A stretch of 64,000 bases of DNA, from the NCBI GenBank assembly GCA_964016885.1, contig OZ024745.1, positions 27,528,001 through 27,592,000 of the forward strand. Reading direction: 5' to 3'. The translations under genes and the position numbers were made by a program. This document shows, piece by piece, positions 1 to 12,013 of the stretch (within the stretch, counting starts at the first letter, position 1; every line of letters begins with the position of its first letter). This stretch comes from Eledone cirrhosa (taxonomy: Eukaryota). Below the pieces are notes generated by a model, which was not told where the DNA came from, ran no database searches, and was given only the letters and a program-made list of their open reading frames with translations.

Positions 1-2317
1 TTGTTCTGGCTGTATGTTCACATGTATCTTTTAAGACCTCCCATGCTTGTACATTTCTTGCACCTTTTCAGATCATGATCTACATGAGGTCTACTGATAT
101 GACTTTGTTCATGTCTAATCAAACCAGCTTTGCTCAGGCTGACTCGACCACAGTGCTGGCAAACCAGATGATGTTCAACAGCAGGCAGTTCAGAACAGTC
201 TCAATCCTCACCTTCTTTTTCAGTGTTAGGTGTTCTCTCTGACGAGTTTCAAAGTGTTCATCACCTGACTTGATCAAACGTCTCCACTTCACACGCTCGT
301 CAGCCATTTTCTTCCATTCGTCAGATGAAATTCTAGCAGAAACCAAGGTGCCTCTGATACAGTCATGGTACCGCCTTTTTGGTTTATGTGGTGGTCGCCT
401 TCCTTCACACAGTTCTCCATAGAGAAGTTGCTTTGGAATACGATCATCAGACATCCGGACCACGTGACTGCACCACCTCAACCAATACCGAAAGATTTTG
501 CTCTCTATAGTCATGCACCTGCTCCGTTCTAGAACTTCCAAATCACTGGAGGACATTTTCCACCTCACCCCAAGTAACTTATGAAGAGATTGTTGGTGAA
601 ATCTCTCCAGATCCTTGAGGTGCTTTCTGTATGTGACCCACGTTTCACAAACATAAAGTAAAGAGGAGACGACACAAGTCAGATACACTTTCACCTTGGT
701 TTCGATAGTGATACCTCGTCTGGACCATAAACGTTGATGCAGCCGTCCAAAAGCATCACTGGCTTTCTTGATTCTTAAGGATATTTCATTATCATGTGTG
801 CATGAAGTGTTCAAGGTAAACAAACTTGTCAGCAACTTTTAGCCTCTTTCCGTACACGTACACACTTGGTGCAGTGTACTCGTTTCCAGGTACTGGATGA
901 TACATCTCAACAGTCTTTTCCAAGCTTATTGTGACGCCCAAAGTGCTGCAAGCTGCAGAAAAAGAGTTCATAATATGCTGCATGTCACTTTGTGAGTGTG
1001 CAAAAAGATCGCAGTCGTCTGCATACAAAAACTCTCGGATTATAGATGTTAATACCTTTGTGCTTGTACCAAAGTGCCTGGTGTTGAACAACCTTCCTGA
1101 AGTGCAATACCTGATATAAACCCCATGAGAACAATATTTGAATGCCATGAGAAACACTATCGTAAAATATGAGGAAAACAGAGTTGGAGCCGGAATGTCT
1201 CCCTGCTTTACTCCATTTTCAACTGATATTGGTTCAGAGATGCTACCACCAATACTGACCAAAGCCTTCATGTCATCATGGAAAAGATGCAGAATCTTCT
1301 ACCCTACCTTGGATTTTTTTCCCACAAAGCAGTTCGATTGACAGTGTCAAAGGCCTTTGTCAAGTCAACAAAGACCTGGTAAAGGTCCATATATTGTTCG
1401 ATACACTTTTCTTGCAGCTGCCGAGCAAAAACGATCATATCCACTGTTCCTCTTTCGTTTCTGAACCCACACTGCGACTCAGGCAACACATTCAGAGCAA
1501 CTCTTGGGACCAATCTATCCATCAATATTTGACACGACTTTACCAACTACTGAAAGAAGGGATATGACATGATAATTGCCACATTTGTCCTTGCCGTCCT
1601 TTCCTTTATGTAGAATCACCATGAGCGCATCCTTCTTGTGGGACATTCTCATCTTCCCACACCATTTTCATGAGGTCAGTCAGGCGCTGCGTGAAGTTTT
1701 CACCACCACACTTCAAAACCGCTCCACTCAGACCATCCATACCAGGAGACGTACCACAGTTCAGCTTATGCACAACAGAAGTCCCCTCTGCAAGAGAAGA
1801 TACATTAGCCATCTCATATGCTTCACTGGTTCAATAGGAATGGAACAAATGAAATCATCATCAACCTGGGATGGTTGGTTTAAGAGCTCGTCAAAGTGAT
1901 CTCTTATCTGTCGAGTGTCTTTTGGGTCGCGCAGTAATTGCTTGCCATCTTTCGATCTCAAAGGGGCCACTGGAGAGCTGAAAGGGCCTTACACCTCTGT
2001 GAGTAGAAAGTGCAGCAGTTTCACATTGTTGCCGTCAGATGCCACTTGAACTTCATCTGCTTTGTTGCTCCACCAGGTATTTTGCATAGCCCTGAGTTTC
2101 ACCTGCACTTCCTTCTTTACCTGTCTGTAACGCTCATAATTGTCACCAACAGAGCTACCACCTTTAAGAACTGCATCAAGTGCCTTTTATTTTCTGTCTA
2201 GCAGAGCCTTGACCTCCTGGTCATTCTCATCAAACCAGTCCTTGTTTTCTTGTGACAAAGCCAAGGACCTCTGCTGAAGCCTCATAGACCGAGCTCCTGA
2301 AGTCCTTCCAGTTGTTC
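1..2317 (-). mobile_element. Decayed RTE (BovB-like) non-LTR retrotransposon, 5'-truncated and frameshifted; its 3' end runs off the window start
   Basis: Consecutive minus-strand ORF pieces give RT motifs: LPESQCGFR..RGTVDM, FVDLTKAFDTV, GVKQGDIPAPTLF, FLYADD, and the RTE C-terminal RMSDDRIPKQLLYGEL. Confidence 0.92.
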
Positions 2318-2435
2318 TCATACACGCATACATACTTACATATATACATGTATACATACATGCATACATCCATACATCCATCCATACATATATGTATACA
2401 CACATACATCCATCCATACGTGTATACATACATAC
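2318..2435. repeat. Degenerate (CATA)n/(CATC)n microsatellite at the RTE truncation point
   Basis: Seen directly in the sequence. Confidence 0.9.
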
Positions 2436-3069
2436 AATGGTTAAAGTGTTTTACTGACGACCATAAGTTCATGGGTTCATATTTGGGACCGGGTAGTTAT
2501 TGAATCAACCTGATATCAATGTTTATTATACAGCACACTTCCTCTTTGGTATAATATGATACATAGTAATATCTAACATAGTACCCATCTAATCTGTTAT
2601 AATATGATTTACCTTTCCTCTGTGAAGGCACATGCCTTAGGGGTTACGGTACTGGACTAACCATTATAAAGTCATGGGCTCGTTTCTTCGATCCTGCAGC
2701 ATGTTGTGTCAGTAAAATACTTTAGTTCGTGTAGCATCTTCTACCAGGACTTGCGGCAGACAGATAATATCAGTAATGGAAAAAACCTTGTTTCATTAGT
2801 ATGACCTGGAAATCAGTTCCACTCTATTTATCTTCTTTATTAAAGGCAATCAAATTATTTTTTTTTATACTTTTTCTTATTTTTCCATGTTTGTTAAATA
2901 AATTCCAAAAAATCGAACTAAATTGAAATTTTGTAATAAAATTTCCATAAAAATTAATGTTTACAATACAATAAAATGTAATAAAATGTATTGAAGTCGA
3001 CGAAATGTGGACCTTCATTTTTGAAAGATGGATAATGCTATAAGCAGACCTTACAATAGTGTACCACAA

Positions 3070-3288
3070 TTTTCCTTTGTGCAAAAGTGGGCAGCCGAAT
3101 TTAGGAAAAGATAGGGGATTCTTGAAGATGACGTCTGGACGTCCTACAACTGCCACTACCGAGGAAAACATTGATCTCAGTACTGCAACACCGATGGAAG
3201 AAGTGTGTGGAACGCAAGGGAGACTATGTTGAAAAATAAACCTCATTTGGTCACATTCCATGAGAGTATCTTTGTCAACCCTCGTATC
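3070..3288 (+). mobile_element. Internally deleted mariner remnant
   Basis: Translates to mariner N-terminal pieces (VQKWAAEFRK, SGRPTTATTEENID) joined to the C-terminal LQHRWKKCVERKGDYVEK*. Its 3' sequence is shared with the MITEs at 5846 and 43058. Confidence 0.8.
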
Positions 3289-3320
3289 TATCGCAATATA
3301 CGTAAAGATACAGAATTGCG

Positions 3321-3709
3321 GGCACTACAACGCTATTAGCTGTCATATTTGTTGGTGAAAAAAATTTGATTATAAAACTTAAATTTATGAATGACTTGTT
3401 TTCTACATTGATAACCATGACTTGTTTTCTAATTAACTTAAATTTGTTTTCTAATTTGGCCCTTTTCATAGCCACCTATATTTTCATTTAAGTAACTCCA
3501 CTTACATCGATATGCTTTATAACCATGACTTGTTTTCTATTTGTTTTCTAATTTGGCCCTTTTAAGTCTTCTCTCTCTCTCTCAAAAAAAAAAAAACGCG
3601 TGTAAACTCCACTTACGCGTGGTAGTAATACGGAAATAAACGATGTTGACGAGTGACGTCACCGTCGCCTGTTTTCCACTGGACTGACAGCTAATAGCGT
3701 TGTAGTGCC
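3321..3709. mobile_element. MITE with perfect 25-bp terminal inverted repeats
   Basis: GGCACTACAACGCTATTAGCTGTCA (3321-3345) and its reverse complement (3685-3709). Internal direct repeats are present; no clear TSD. Confidence 0.75.
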
Positions 3710-3881
3710 GACTTTTCCTTCTTTCTTCTATTTCATCTTATATATTTGTTAAATATTGTATATATTATTTGTGTCTATTTTCATTCTGTAAGAATTATAA
3801 ATAATTTGTAATGTTATTTATACAATTGTGAATAAACATAATTGTATATGGTCCAAGTAGAATATAATTCTATTATTTACA

Positions 3882-3996
3882 CTTCAAATCCCGCCGAGGT
3901 TGACGTTGCCTTTCATCCTTACGGGGTCGATAAAATAAAGTACCAGTAATGAACTGAAAATTGCTGGCCTTGTGCCTAAAGTAGAAACAATTATTA
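3882..3996 (+). mobile_element. tRNA-derived SINE family S1, 5'-truncated
   Basis: B-box remnant TTCAAATCCC, the family core GCCTTTCATCCTTACGGGGTCGATAAAATAAAGTACCAG and the GAAACAATTATT tail. Confidence 0.85.
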
Positions 3997-4363
3997 CACA
4001 ATTCAAATAAAATTTTGTCAACTTACGAAATCCAAATGTAAAATGTCAGGCAGAGCTCTTTAGATACAGAAGTTGTTCCCCTTTTAGGGGATTTATCCGA
4101 TAGAGGGCTCGAATGTAGTTTGTTGAGATTTTCAATGACTTCATTTATATGAAATTTTAACTTCGAGGCAATGTCTAGATGTTTTTTTAGACCCCCCCCC
4201 CACCGTCACTACGTAATTCTTAAGATATTTAAGTATTATAAGAAACATTGACTTTAAAGCTCGAAATAAGGAAACAAAATAATCTCGTTCGATTCACTAG
4301 AGTTTTATATTATAATTCTAAACAAAATAATGAGTTTTGTCGTTATTTTTATATTGAATACAT

Positions 4364-4609
4364 ATATTTAAAATTTCATGCATTTAACATGTATGTGCGA
4401 CCTTGGGTTTTGGGGTCCAGTTATGACCATCACTCTACAGTGGAGCAACTGTTTCGAAACTGGCCTCTCATCGGACGCCAAGACAAACAATTCTCCTGGT
4501 GATGAGAGGCCAGTTTTGAAATGGCATCTCCACTCTACAGTGGTGGCCATAACTGGATCCCGAAACCTCAGATTGTGCATACATGTTAAGTGTATGAAGT
4601 TTTAAATAT
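4364..4609. repeat. Fold-back element: 109-bp inverted arms with a 28-bp spacer
   Basis: 4364-4472 is the reverse complement of 4501-4609 at about 80% identity without gaps. A related fragment lies at about 39421-39480. Confidence 0.85.
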
Positions 4610-5509
4610 GTTAAATAATTTCTTTTGCAATAGATTGAGCATTGTTTTTTTTTAAACACCCCATCAAGAGAGTAACCAGAACTAGAAGCTAGCGCCCTGG
4701 AGAACGAACAGAAAATAGCCAACACCATCATCTCGGACTTCACTCTGCAGAAGCACAGTCTGTTTTCCTCTCTGTGAAAGTTCCGTCCCTCAATGCATAT
4801 GGTACGTAATCCAATGTGACAAGGATCGGATAGCCTTGTGCACCTGCTTGAGCAGCATCACCTGGCATGTCTTCGATCTGCCTCCCGATCTGCGCTTAGT
4901 TATTTTATTTACTCCAGAGGAGTGAAAGGTAAAATTGATCTTTGTAGGATTTGAATGCGAGGCATAATTGAATACCGCGAAGAATATATTTCAACGATCA
5001 ATATTTACTGTAAAATTCTATTAAAAAAAGGGAGACAATAAATATACGACTTAAAATATTCTAATCTCAAGGGACATAACTCTGAAAAATAGACCAGATA
5101 AAGGCAACCATTTTCGTGCAGTGGGCCTATTAGGATATGGCTCACCATAAGGCGGGTCGTACTATTAAAAAATTCAAGGCAATTTTGAAATTAGGCGTGC
5201 CATTCAGAAAGCTAAACCGACCGCAGTTTGTCAATGACTGTTCTATATTCACTCTCAGCTGAGTGAACTATAGCAACGTGGAATAAAGTGTTTTACTCAA
5301 GAACATAACACAGTAGCCTATCCAGATATCAAACCAACGACATTACGATCCTACGCCAATCATCCTAACCATTATATATGTGCCAGCCATATACATTATT
5401 TATTAAGCAAACAGTGAAGCACTTTGAACATAAAACATATTTCTCATTATAAAAAACTTAAGCACTAAAGTTGCGTCTGATTCTTTTCTCGTGTGGGATG
5501 GATTTCTAT

Positions 5510-5830
5510 CGGTTTCGACGATGAGTGTAACAATTGTTCGATCAATCGAACAGCATGCTTATGAAACTTAACGTGTAATTGACCGAACATTCCACACATT
5601 CACAAACACGTGTATCCTTAATGTAATTTCCTAGAAAGATTCAGCGAGGCACAGTATGTGACAAGGCTGACTTAGTTGAATTACAAGCACAGTCCATCCG
5701 ACAAGCAGCCAAATAGTTTCCGTCAATCTAATTTTACTCACAAGCCATGGGTGGTCCCATGACCAATATAACACGCCGTGGGATTGAACCTGGGAACCAA
5801 CCATTGCGAAGTGAACTTTGGCTATGCTAC
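5510..5830 (-). mobile_element. Decayed SINE related to the copy at 25316-25758
   Basis: Reverse-complement similarity to the 25440-25620 body, plus a B-box-like GGTTCAATCCC on the minus strand. Confidence 0.65.
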
Positions 5831-5845
5831 GTCCTTTCTCATGTA

Positions 5846-6222
5846 CGAGGTTCGACTGAAAAGTTCATAGGGTGACTATGAAGAATTCATGCTAGGGCTG
5901 TGAAATCTTACATGCATTAATTTCAACTATGGCGGGGGATTGGCAGTATCGGTAGAGAGTCGGACGCCATGCTTTCCAGCATAGTTACGTCCCTTTGCCT
6001 TTCATCCTTACGGGGTCGATAAAATAAAGTACCAATAATGCACTGGGTAATTGCTGGCCTTGTGCCTAAACTAGAAACAATTAATTTCAACTATTCTTAT
6101 TTATAACTGCATTGTTTCTGTCCAAGGTTTATGTTGAAAAATAAACCTCATTTGGTCATTCCATGAGAGTATCTTGGTCAGTCCATGAACATTTTAGCCT
6201 ATGAACCGTTCAGCCGATCTCA
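5846..6222 (+). mobile_element. Mariner-derived MITE interrupted by a SINE
   Basis: TA|CGAGG..CTGAAAAGTTCATAG terminus and a matching right end. Collinear with the uninterrupted copy at 43058-43259. Confidence 0.85.
5931..6079 (+). mobile_element. SINE S1 with a 15-bp target-site duplication
   Basis: A-box TGGCAGTATCGG and the family core. ATTAATTTCAACTAT occurs at 5916-5930 and 6080-6094. Confidence 0.9.
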
Positions 6223-6394
6223 TAAGCTGTATTAAAGACTGATCTATTAGTTGTTTTAATCTTATATTTGATTTAATTTGTTTGGGGATGAATACACATT
6301 AAAGTTTGTGACAACGTATCAATTTTAAACGTATAGACGTGATATAGCCTATTTTTTTAATTTTATTTTTAACGGTGAGTATTTAAACGTAAGT

Positions 6395-6765
6395 TGAGCC
6401 CTGCTCGTAGTTTCCTCCTTCTTGTATAGTTAATCCCTGCTTATGCAGTTTACCTCTGTTTGTATAGTTGACTCCTGCTTGTACAGTTGATCCCTGCTTA
6501 TGCAGTTTACCTCTGTTTGTACTGTTGACTCCTGGTTGTGCAGTGGCCCTCTGTTTGTACAGTTGATCCCTGCTTGTGCAGTTGACTACTGCTTGTACAA
6601 TTGACCACTGCTTGGGTAGTTGATTCCTGCTTGTGCAGTTTCCCCCTGTTTACACTGTTGATCCCTGCTTGTACAGCTGACCTCTTTTTGTAAGTTGACT
6701 CCCTGCTTGTGTAGTTGACCTCTTTTTGTGAAGTTGACTCTAGCTTATGCAGTTGATTCCTGTTT
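6395..6765. repeat. Minisatellite, about 20-21-bp unit (consensus near CAGTTGAYYCCTGCTTGTR), about 18 copies
   Basis: Head-to-tail diverged units with no unique spacers. Confidence 0.9.
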
Positions 6766-6838
6766 TCGTCGTTCTAAATCTAATTTTGTGCAGCTCGTGT
6801 ATATCTTGTGTGAAATACTACATGTTCCTATATAGTAA

Positions 6839-7007
6839 ATAATTGTTTCTACATTTGGTACAAGACCAGTTCATTACTGGTACTTTATTTTATCGACCCC
6901 TTAAGGATGAAAGGCAAAGTTGATCTAAACGGGATTTGAACTCAGACCATAAAGAGGCGTAACTATGCTAGAAAGCATGGCGTCTAACCCTCTACCGATA
7001 CTACCAA
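6839..7007 (-). mobile_element. SINE S1
   Basis: Reverse complement of the S1 A-box, B-box, core and tail. Confidence 0.88.
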
Positions 7008-7439
7008 TGGTTAAAATACTTAAAACATTCAGATTAAAAAAATATAAAACATTGAGTCATGGCATCTATCCCAAGGATTACTTTAATATAAATTCTGGCA
7101 TTTGAAAATCTTTTGATATCTTCTGTAATTTGCTGGATGTTGGAAATTTACCTTATTGAGTAACAACGGATTAAAGTTTTTTTTTATTTAAAAAATTTTT
7201 TTTTTTTTAATGAATCTTATCGATATTTAAGGTGTCACCTACTTGTTGCAAGTGTCATATTTCCTAGGGATTGAGCTGATATTTTGTTTATGACAAACAT
7301 CGATGGCTTACACAGTTGGGATTAGATCAACATCTCCATAGATCTTAAAATGGGTGTGTAGGGTGCGGTGTCTGAGGTAGTTTTGGTGTAATATCGGGTG
7401 AAGCACTTGATTCTGGGAACGGGGTGGTTTTTATGGATT

Positions 7440-7810
7440 GGCATGTCGATCGCTACTGGTAACATGTAACCCAGTAGAACTTGTCACAGGGTCGGTTCAT
7501 CGGCGACTAAACTGGCAACCTCACCAAACTTGCTTGGTGAGGAAGGTGATTTTTGGATAGCCTGCAGGATGAAAGAGAAAACCCGTCAAAGGGCGGAGGA
7601 ACTCAGAAGAGTCAACGGTCATCCAATACGGGTAGACAGCTTGTTAGCCTTGGATAGCAGACTGTCTAAGAGAAAGATCTCTCTGATTTCAAAACTAGGA
7701 TTGATGAGACTCCGTAGTCACCTTGATCACCTCCTTTCAAGTGGCCAACGTCTTTATCCACGAAGATGAATGAGTTGCTGCTTAGTAGCCAACTTCCGAG
7801 TAATGCTTGA
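7440..7810 (+). mobile_element. Non-coding dispersed repeat resembling an RTE 5' UTR (family N)
   Basis: Shares CTTGGTGAGGAAGG..GGATGAAA..AAAACC.GTCAAAG.G.GGAGGAACTCAG.AG.GTCAACGGTCATCCAATA with 20130-20578. Confidence 0.7.
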
Positions 7811-8009
7811 AGTAACAGATTATAGATGTTAGGATATATTTTCTTTTCTTTCCTAAATGTGGATATAACATCTATTTTGTCTTTTCACGCCATTAGCATT
7901 TTAGCGTTGGTTAAGGGTCGAAGTTTTAAAAATGCATAAGCTTTAGTTGGAGTTATCAGGTAGAGTCGCTACGTCTCAGAATTGAGAGATCACAGCTCCG
8001 ATACTATGA

Positions 8010-8253
8010 GCATGTGATTAGAATGTCTCAGGAAAGAATGGCTGGACAGATTTTACGGGTAAAACCAACCGACAGGAGACCCAGGCGCAAACCCCGAGCA
8101 AGATGGTTGGATAACATCCATGAGCTCTCGCTTGGGGATCCAGCCGGATCAGTTGGAGACAGTTGCTTCTGACAGAACCAGTCGAAAGGAGTGTTTGAGG
8201 ACTCTTTGCCCACGACCCTCTCAGGAATAGGTGAACGAAGAAGACGAAGAAGA
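8010..8253 (+). mobile_element. RTE LINE 3'-end fragment with a (GAA)n-like tail
   Basis: Translates RMSQERMAGQILRVKPTDRRPRRKPRARWLDNI, the typical RTE C-terminal motif. Confidence 0.75.
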
Positions 8254-10327
8254 ATTTAACACTGCCACATGGTAGTTGAATACTTCTAACAGTGCCCAAT
8301 CTCTTTCAAGTGTTCAGGGTAGGTCTCTGGTTTGAAGATACCTTTCTCTTATACTCTCACAAATATCTGAGGCCCTGAAACGAGTCACGGGCATTGACGT
8401 ACCTTCTCTGAATATAACCACAGAAAAATATGATAAAAAGGATTAGTAACGAATACTGAAATTTGGATGTATTCATTAGTAAGAAAAACATGTTGTGAAC
8501 TGGCGCTGTACTTCTTAAAAATGTACTCAAAATACTATGATATTTTCTTTCATCTAAGATCTGCTAAAACTCAACAAAAAATACATTGGAACAAAATAAA
8601 TGCTAAGCAAATCAATCTGAACATTGTTCTGTAGAACATATAGTGCATAAAATGAATATGCATTAGTATTATACAGCAAATTCTATAATGGCACCAATAT
8701 AAACGGAATGGACAATTTCCAATTAATGGTAGCATAATACTTTCCACTTTGAAGTATTGAGAAGAGAGAGATAGCTACTGTTTTACAATCACGTCAGATA
8801 ATCATGAATCTTAGCTGTCATTGTATAATAATGGTTGTCTCTCTCGAAGCATAAGCAAATTGACACTTTTTCTTTTTCTTTTTCTTAGATACTGTCAGAG
8901 TTTATATAACTGGAACTATATATGGGATTGTCCTGAATAAAATATTAAGAATACAAGCGAAACTAATCACAACAACACATTTGAATATCAAAAACGTTAG
9001 ATAAGAAATCCGCTTAAAATTTCCGACAAGTACAGCCATAACAGAACATAGATATTGATCTCTAGTACAGAAATCAAAAGAATGCAGTGTTGTGGAATTT
9101 TGTTGAATCACTGATCATGAAAGGTCATTTATTTAAGATAATATTGTTGTCAAGCTAGTGCAGTACTCCGTGCATCGTTTGCACTCTAATTATAAGTCTT
9201 TATCCATTTGATACGCAATGTTGTGTAACCAAATGTCTATTCAATAGACTTGAGGAATTATGGTTTTCAAAGAAAGAATAGAAAAAACAAACAAACATTG
9301 CACTGAAATATTTAAATTATATATATTAATTTCGTTTAGCTTCGCATAACACCTGCTTCCACAGAGGAGCTGGCGCTGACATTATTTTATAGGAAGCTAG
9401 GAAGTTGACTAGCAAAGTCGTTAGAGCGTTGGACAGCACATATTTCGACTCTTTAGGTTCTGCGTTCAAATTCCGCCGAAGACAAGAAGAAAAAGAAGAG
9501 TGGGGTTGCAGTGTATCAGCGTGGGACCTCTTAGGAACGAGACCCAGTTGGGAGCAATTGGTCAAATTGGTCAAATTGGTTTCAGTACAGCCTTGCCAAC
9601 GATACCCGCTTATCTGAACTAGTAAGCTGTATAACTACTTCAACTGATTCCAATACACCCGTCATTTTTCTCCCCCGTTATTCCCCTTATATCGCACATA
9701 CAAAAGCTGACTCAAAATATTTTGCCAAAAATCCCAATTTTTTTTTTTTTAACAGGTCTGATACCCCCAATAACCTCTACCATTATCCAGGTTTTCTCTA
9801 GATAAATTAAATCGTAAAAATTAAAAAACGATCTCCAACCAGATTGATAAAAGTCTGAACGTCCCATTAAGTTTTTATAGACTTTATCTCTCCTCCCGAA
9901 CGTTAAAAACAAAACACACACACAAAAATATATGTACTCATATTCTGATGAACCAGCTTAGTTAAAATCAAGAGAGCGTCATATAGAGTCATACATACAT
10001 ATTTACATTCTGCTCCAGGCGAATGAAATTAATATGCAAAAATCAGAGCTTAAGCATCTTCCCATGAAAGAAATAAGTTTATATATAGCAGACAGTTCGA
10101 GAAAATAAAACCAACTAGCAATATGAAAATTTATCATTTGGATTTATGCAACATGAAGATTGTATTATCGTTTAATTTTCGTTGAATCGAGAACACTGAG
10201 ATAATTTCGAAAAACGTTAATATATTGGGAGACTTATACCAAATAACGAATTAATAACAAACTCGTCAGCTTCTCATATGATATCCCAAGGCAGTCATAA
10301 ACATTTCTTAGCAACATGAAATATTTC

Positions 10328-10398
10328 ATGTATGTATGTATGTATGTATGTATGTATGTATGTATGTATGTATGTATGTATGTATGTATGTATGTATG
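10328..10398. repeat. (ATGT)n microsatellite
   Basis: Perfect tetranucleotide array abutting the 3' end of R4-like copy A1. Confidence 0.97.
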
Positions 10399-11823
10399 TT
10401 TTCTCTTTCTCTTAATTTTGAGTATATTTTTTGACCGGCCACCTTCCTGGTGGCAAGGTTGTAAAAGAAAAGAAATTGTCATCCCTTGAATCGCAAGAAT
10501 GTTTTGCAAATTTTGAAGGTGCCAGCTATCGCAGCCATTTGTAGACTATGAATTAGGGAGCTGCGCTTTTTGTCCGCAAATCCAAGTTCAGTCATACTTT
10601 GGTCCAAGCGGGTTGGTATATAACCCGTAGCACCAATAATGATGGGTATGAAGCTAAAGGTGTATCTTGGATACTGGATTTGTAAACTCCTCATCAATGG
10701 TCCGTAGATGTCCTCCTTCTCCTGTATTTTTCTGACAACGTTTACATCAAGTGGGCAGCTGATCTCCACAACAGAACACGTTTTCAATGTGTGGTCCCAA
10801 ACAACAATATCAGGCCGGTTGTGCTTTAATTTGGTGGCAGTTTTTATTTTCAGGTTCCACCAGTATTCCTTAGTGCCATCTGTCTCAATATATTCTTCCT
10901 CGTTTGTTGTTGATTTTGTTTTCCGAAGTGCGTTCCAGATGGTTCTAGCTATCCCATCGTGTCTCATGGGGAGGTAGTAGCGAGATGACATTCTTTCGCA
11001 GCTGGCAACAATGTGGCTTACATCCTCGATCTTTGTTTTACATAGCCTACATTTATTGTCAGCTGCTGGCCCTCCTCTTTTGTGCAGCAGATATTTGGTA
11101 GGGAGTTCTTGTTCCTGTATTGCATAGAGATATCCCTCAAGGTGTGATGTCATAAACTTGTCGGAACTCCATGCCAGGCTTTTTGAGTGGTTTATCCCCT
11201 CTATGGTCTGTGTTTTACGCCTCAAGTATCCATGCACAACTTTTTCTGTAAATTGGCCAATTTTTTTTTCTTGTTTGAACATTGAATAGGATCTTCCAAT
11301 TTCTCTGGGTGAGAGATTTATATCGGGCTTTATTCCATATCTCTCCTCCAGATCAGTCGCTATTCTAATGATATTTCTTTTTTCATGGTCATAAACCTGG
11401 GCAAGATGGTTGCCAACCTTTTTCCTCTGTTGAAGGTGTTGCTTCAGTGTCACTATCCGGGTCTCATATGTTGTTAATATTGATTTTAGACCCCGGCCAC
11501 CTTCCTTGCGTGAGAAGTATAGCCTATCCACATCACCATTGATGTTAAAGTTCCCAGTAACACTGAGAAGTTTTCGAGTTCTAACATCCATCTCACTTAG
11601 TTCTTGCAATGACCAGTTCAGTAGGCCAAATGTTGGCGTTAGAATTGGCACAGCATAAGTATTGTGGGCAATATATTTGTTGTATGCTGACAGTTCTGAT
11701 GAGCATATTTTCTTTACTCTTCTGAGGTATTCAGTTCTGGTTCTCTCCTTATTTATGGGTCCATCATATCTGACATTCTCATCCTGTCCAAGATATCTGT
11801 AGTTGTCACCTGACTGCAGAGGG
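10399..11823 (-). mobile_element. R4/Dong-clade non-LTR retrotransposon, family A copy 1, 5'-truncated (ORF 10479-11651 and upstream in-frame sequence)
   Basis: YRYLG, RLYFSRKEGGRGL, CCHC finger CRLCKTKIEDVSHIVASC, RHD, and the restriction-like endonuclease motif NRPDIVV..VVEISCP. Confidence 0.92.
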
Positions 11824-12013
11824 TGTATGTATGTATGTATGTATGTATGTATGTATGTATGTATGTATGTATGTATGTATGTATGTATGTATGTATGTAT
11901 GTATGTATGTATGTATGTATGTATGTATGTACGTACGTACGTACGTACGTACGTATGTATGTATGTATGTATGTATGTATGTATGTATGTATGTATGTAT
12001 GTATGTATGTATG
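11824..12013. repeat. (ATGT)n microsatellite with an internal (ACGT)n variant block
   Basis: Seen directly; separates two R4-like elements. Confidence 0.97.

Noticed and set aside
6395-6765. Regular 20-bp repeats as a CRISPR array
   Set aside because: The units are head-to-tail with no unique spacers, there are no cas genes, and the context is eukaryotic.
8257-8266. TAACACTGCC, and CCGGATAAAAGTG at 23351-23363, as twister ribozyme pieces
   Set aside because: Each lacks the partner segments and stems; they are 15 kb apart.
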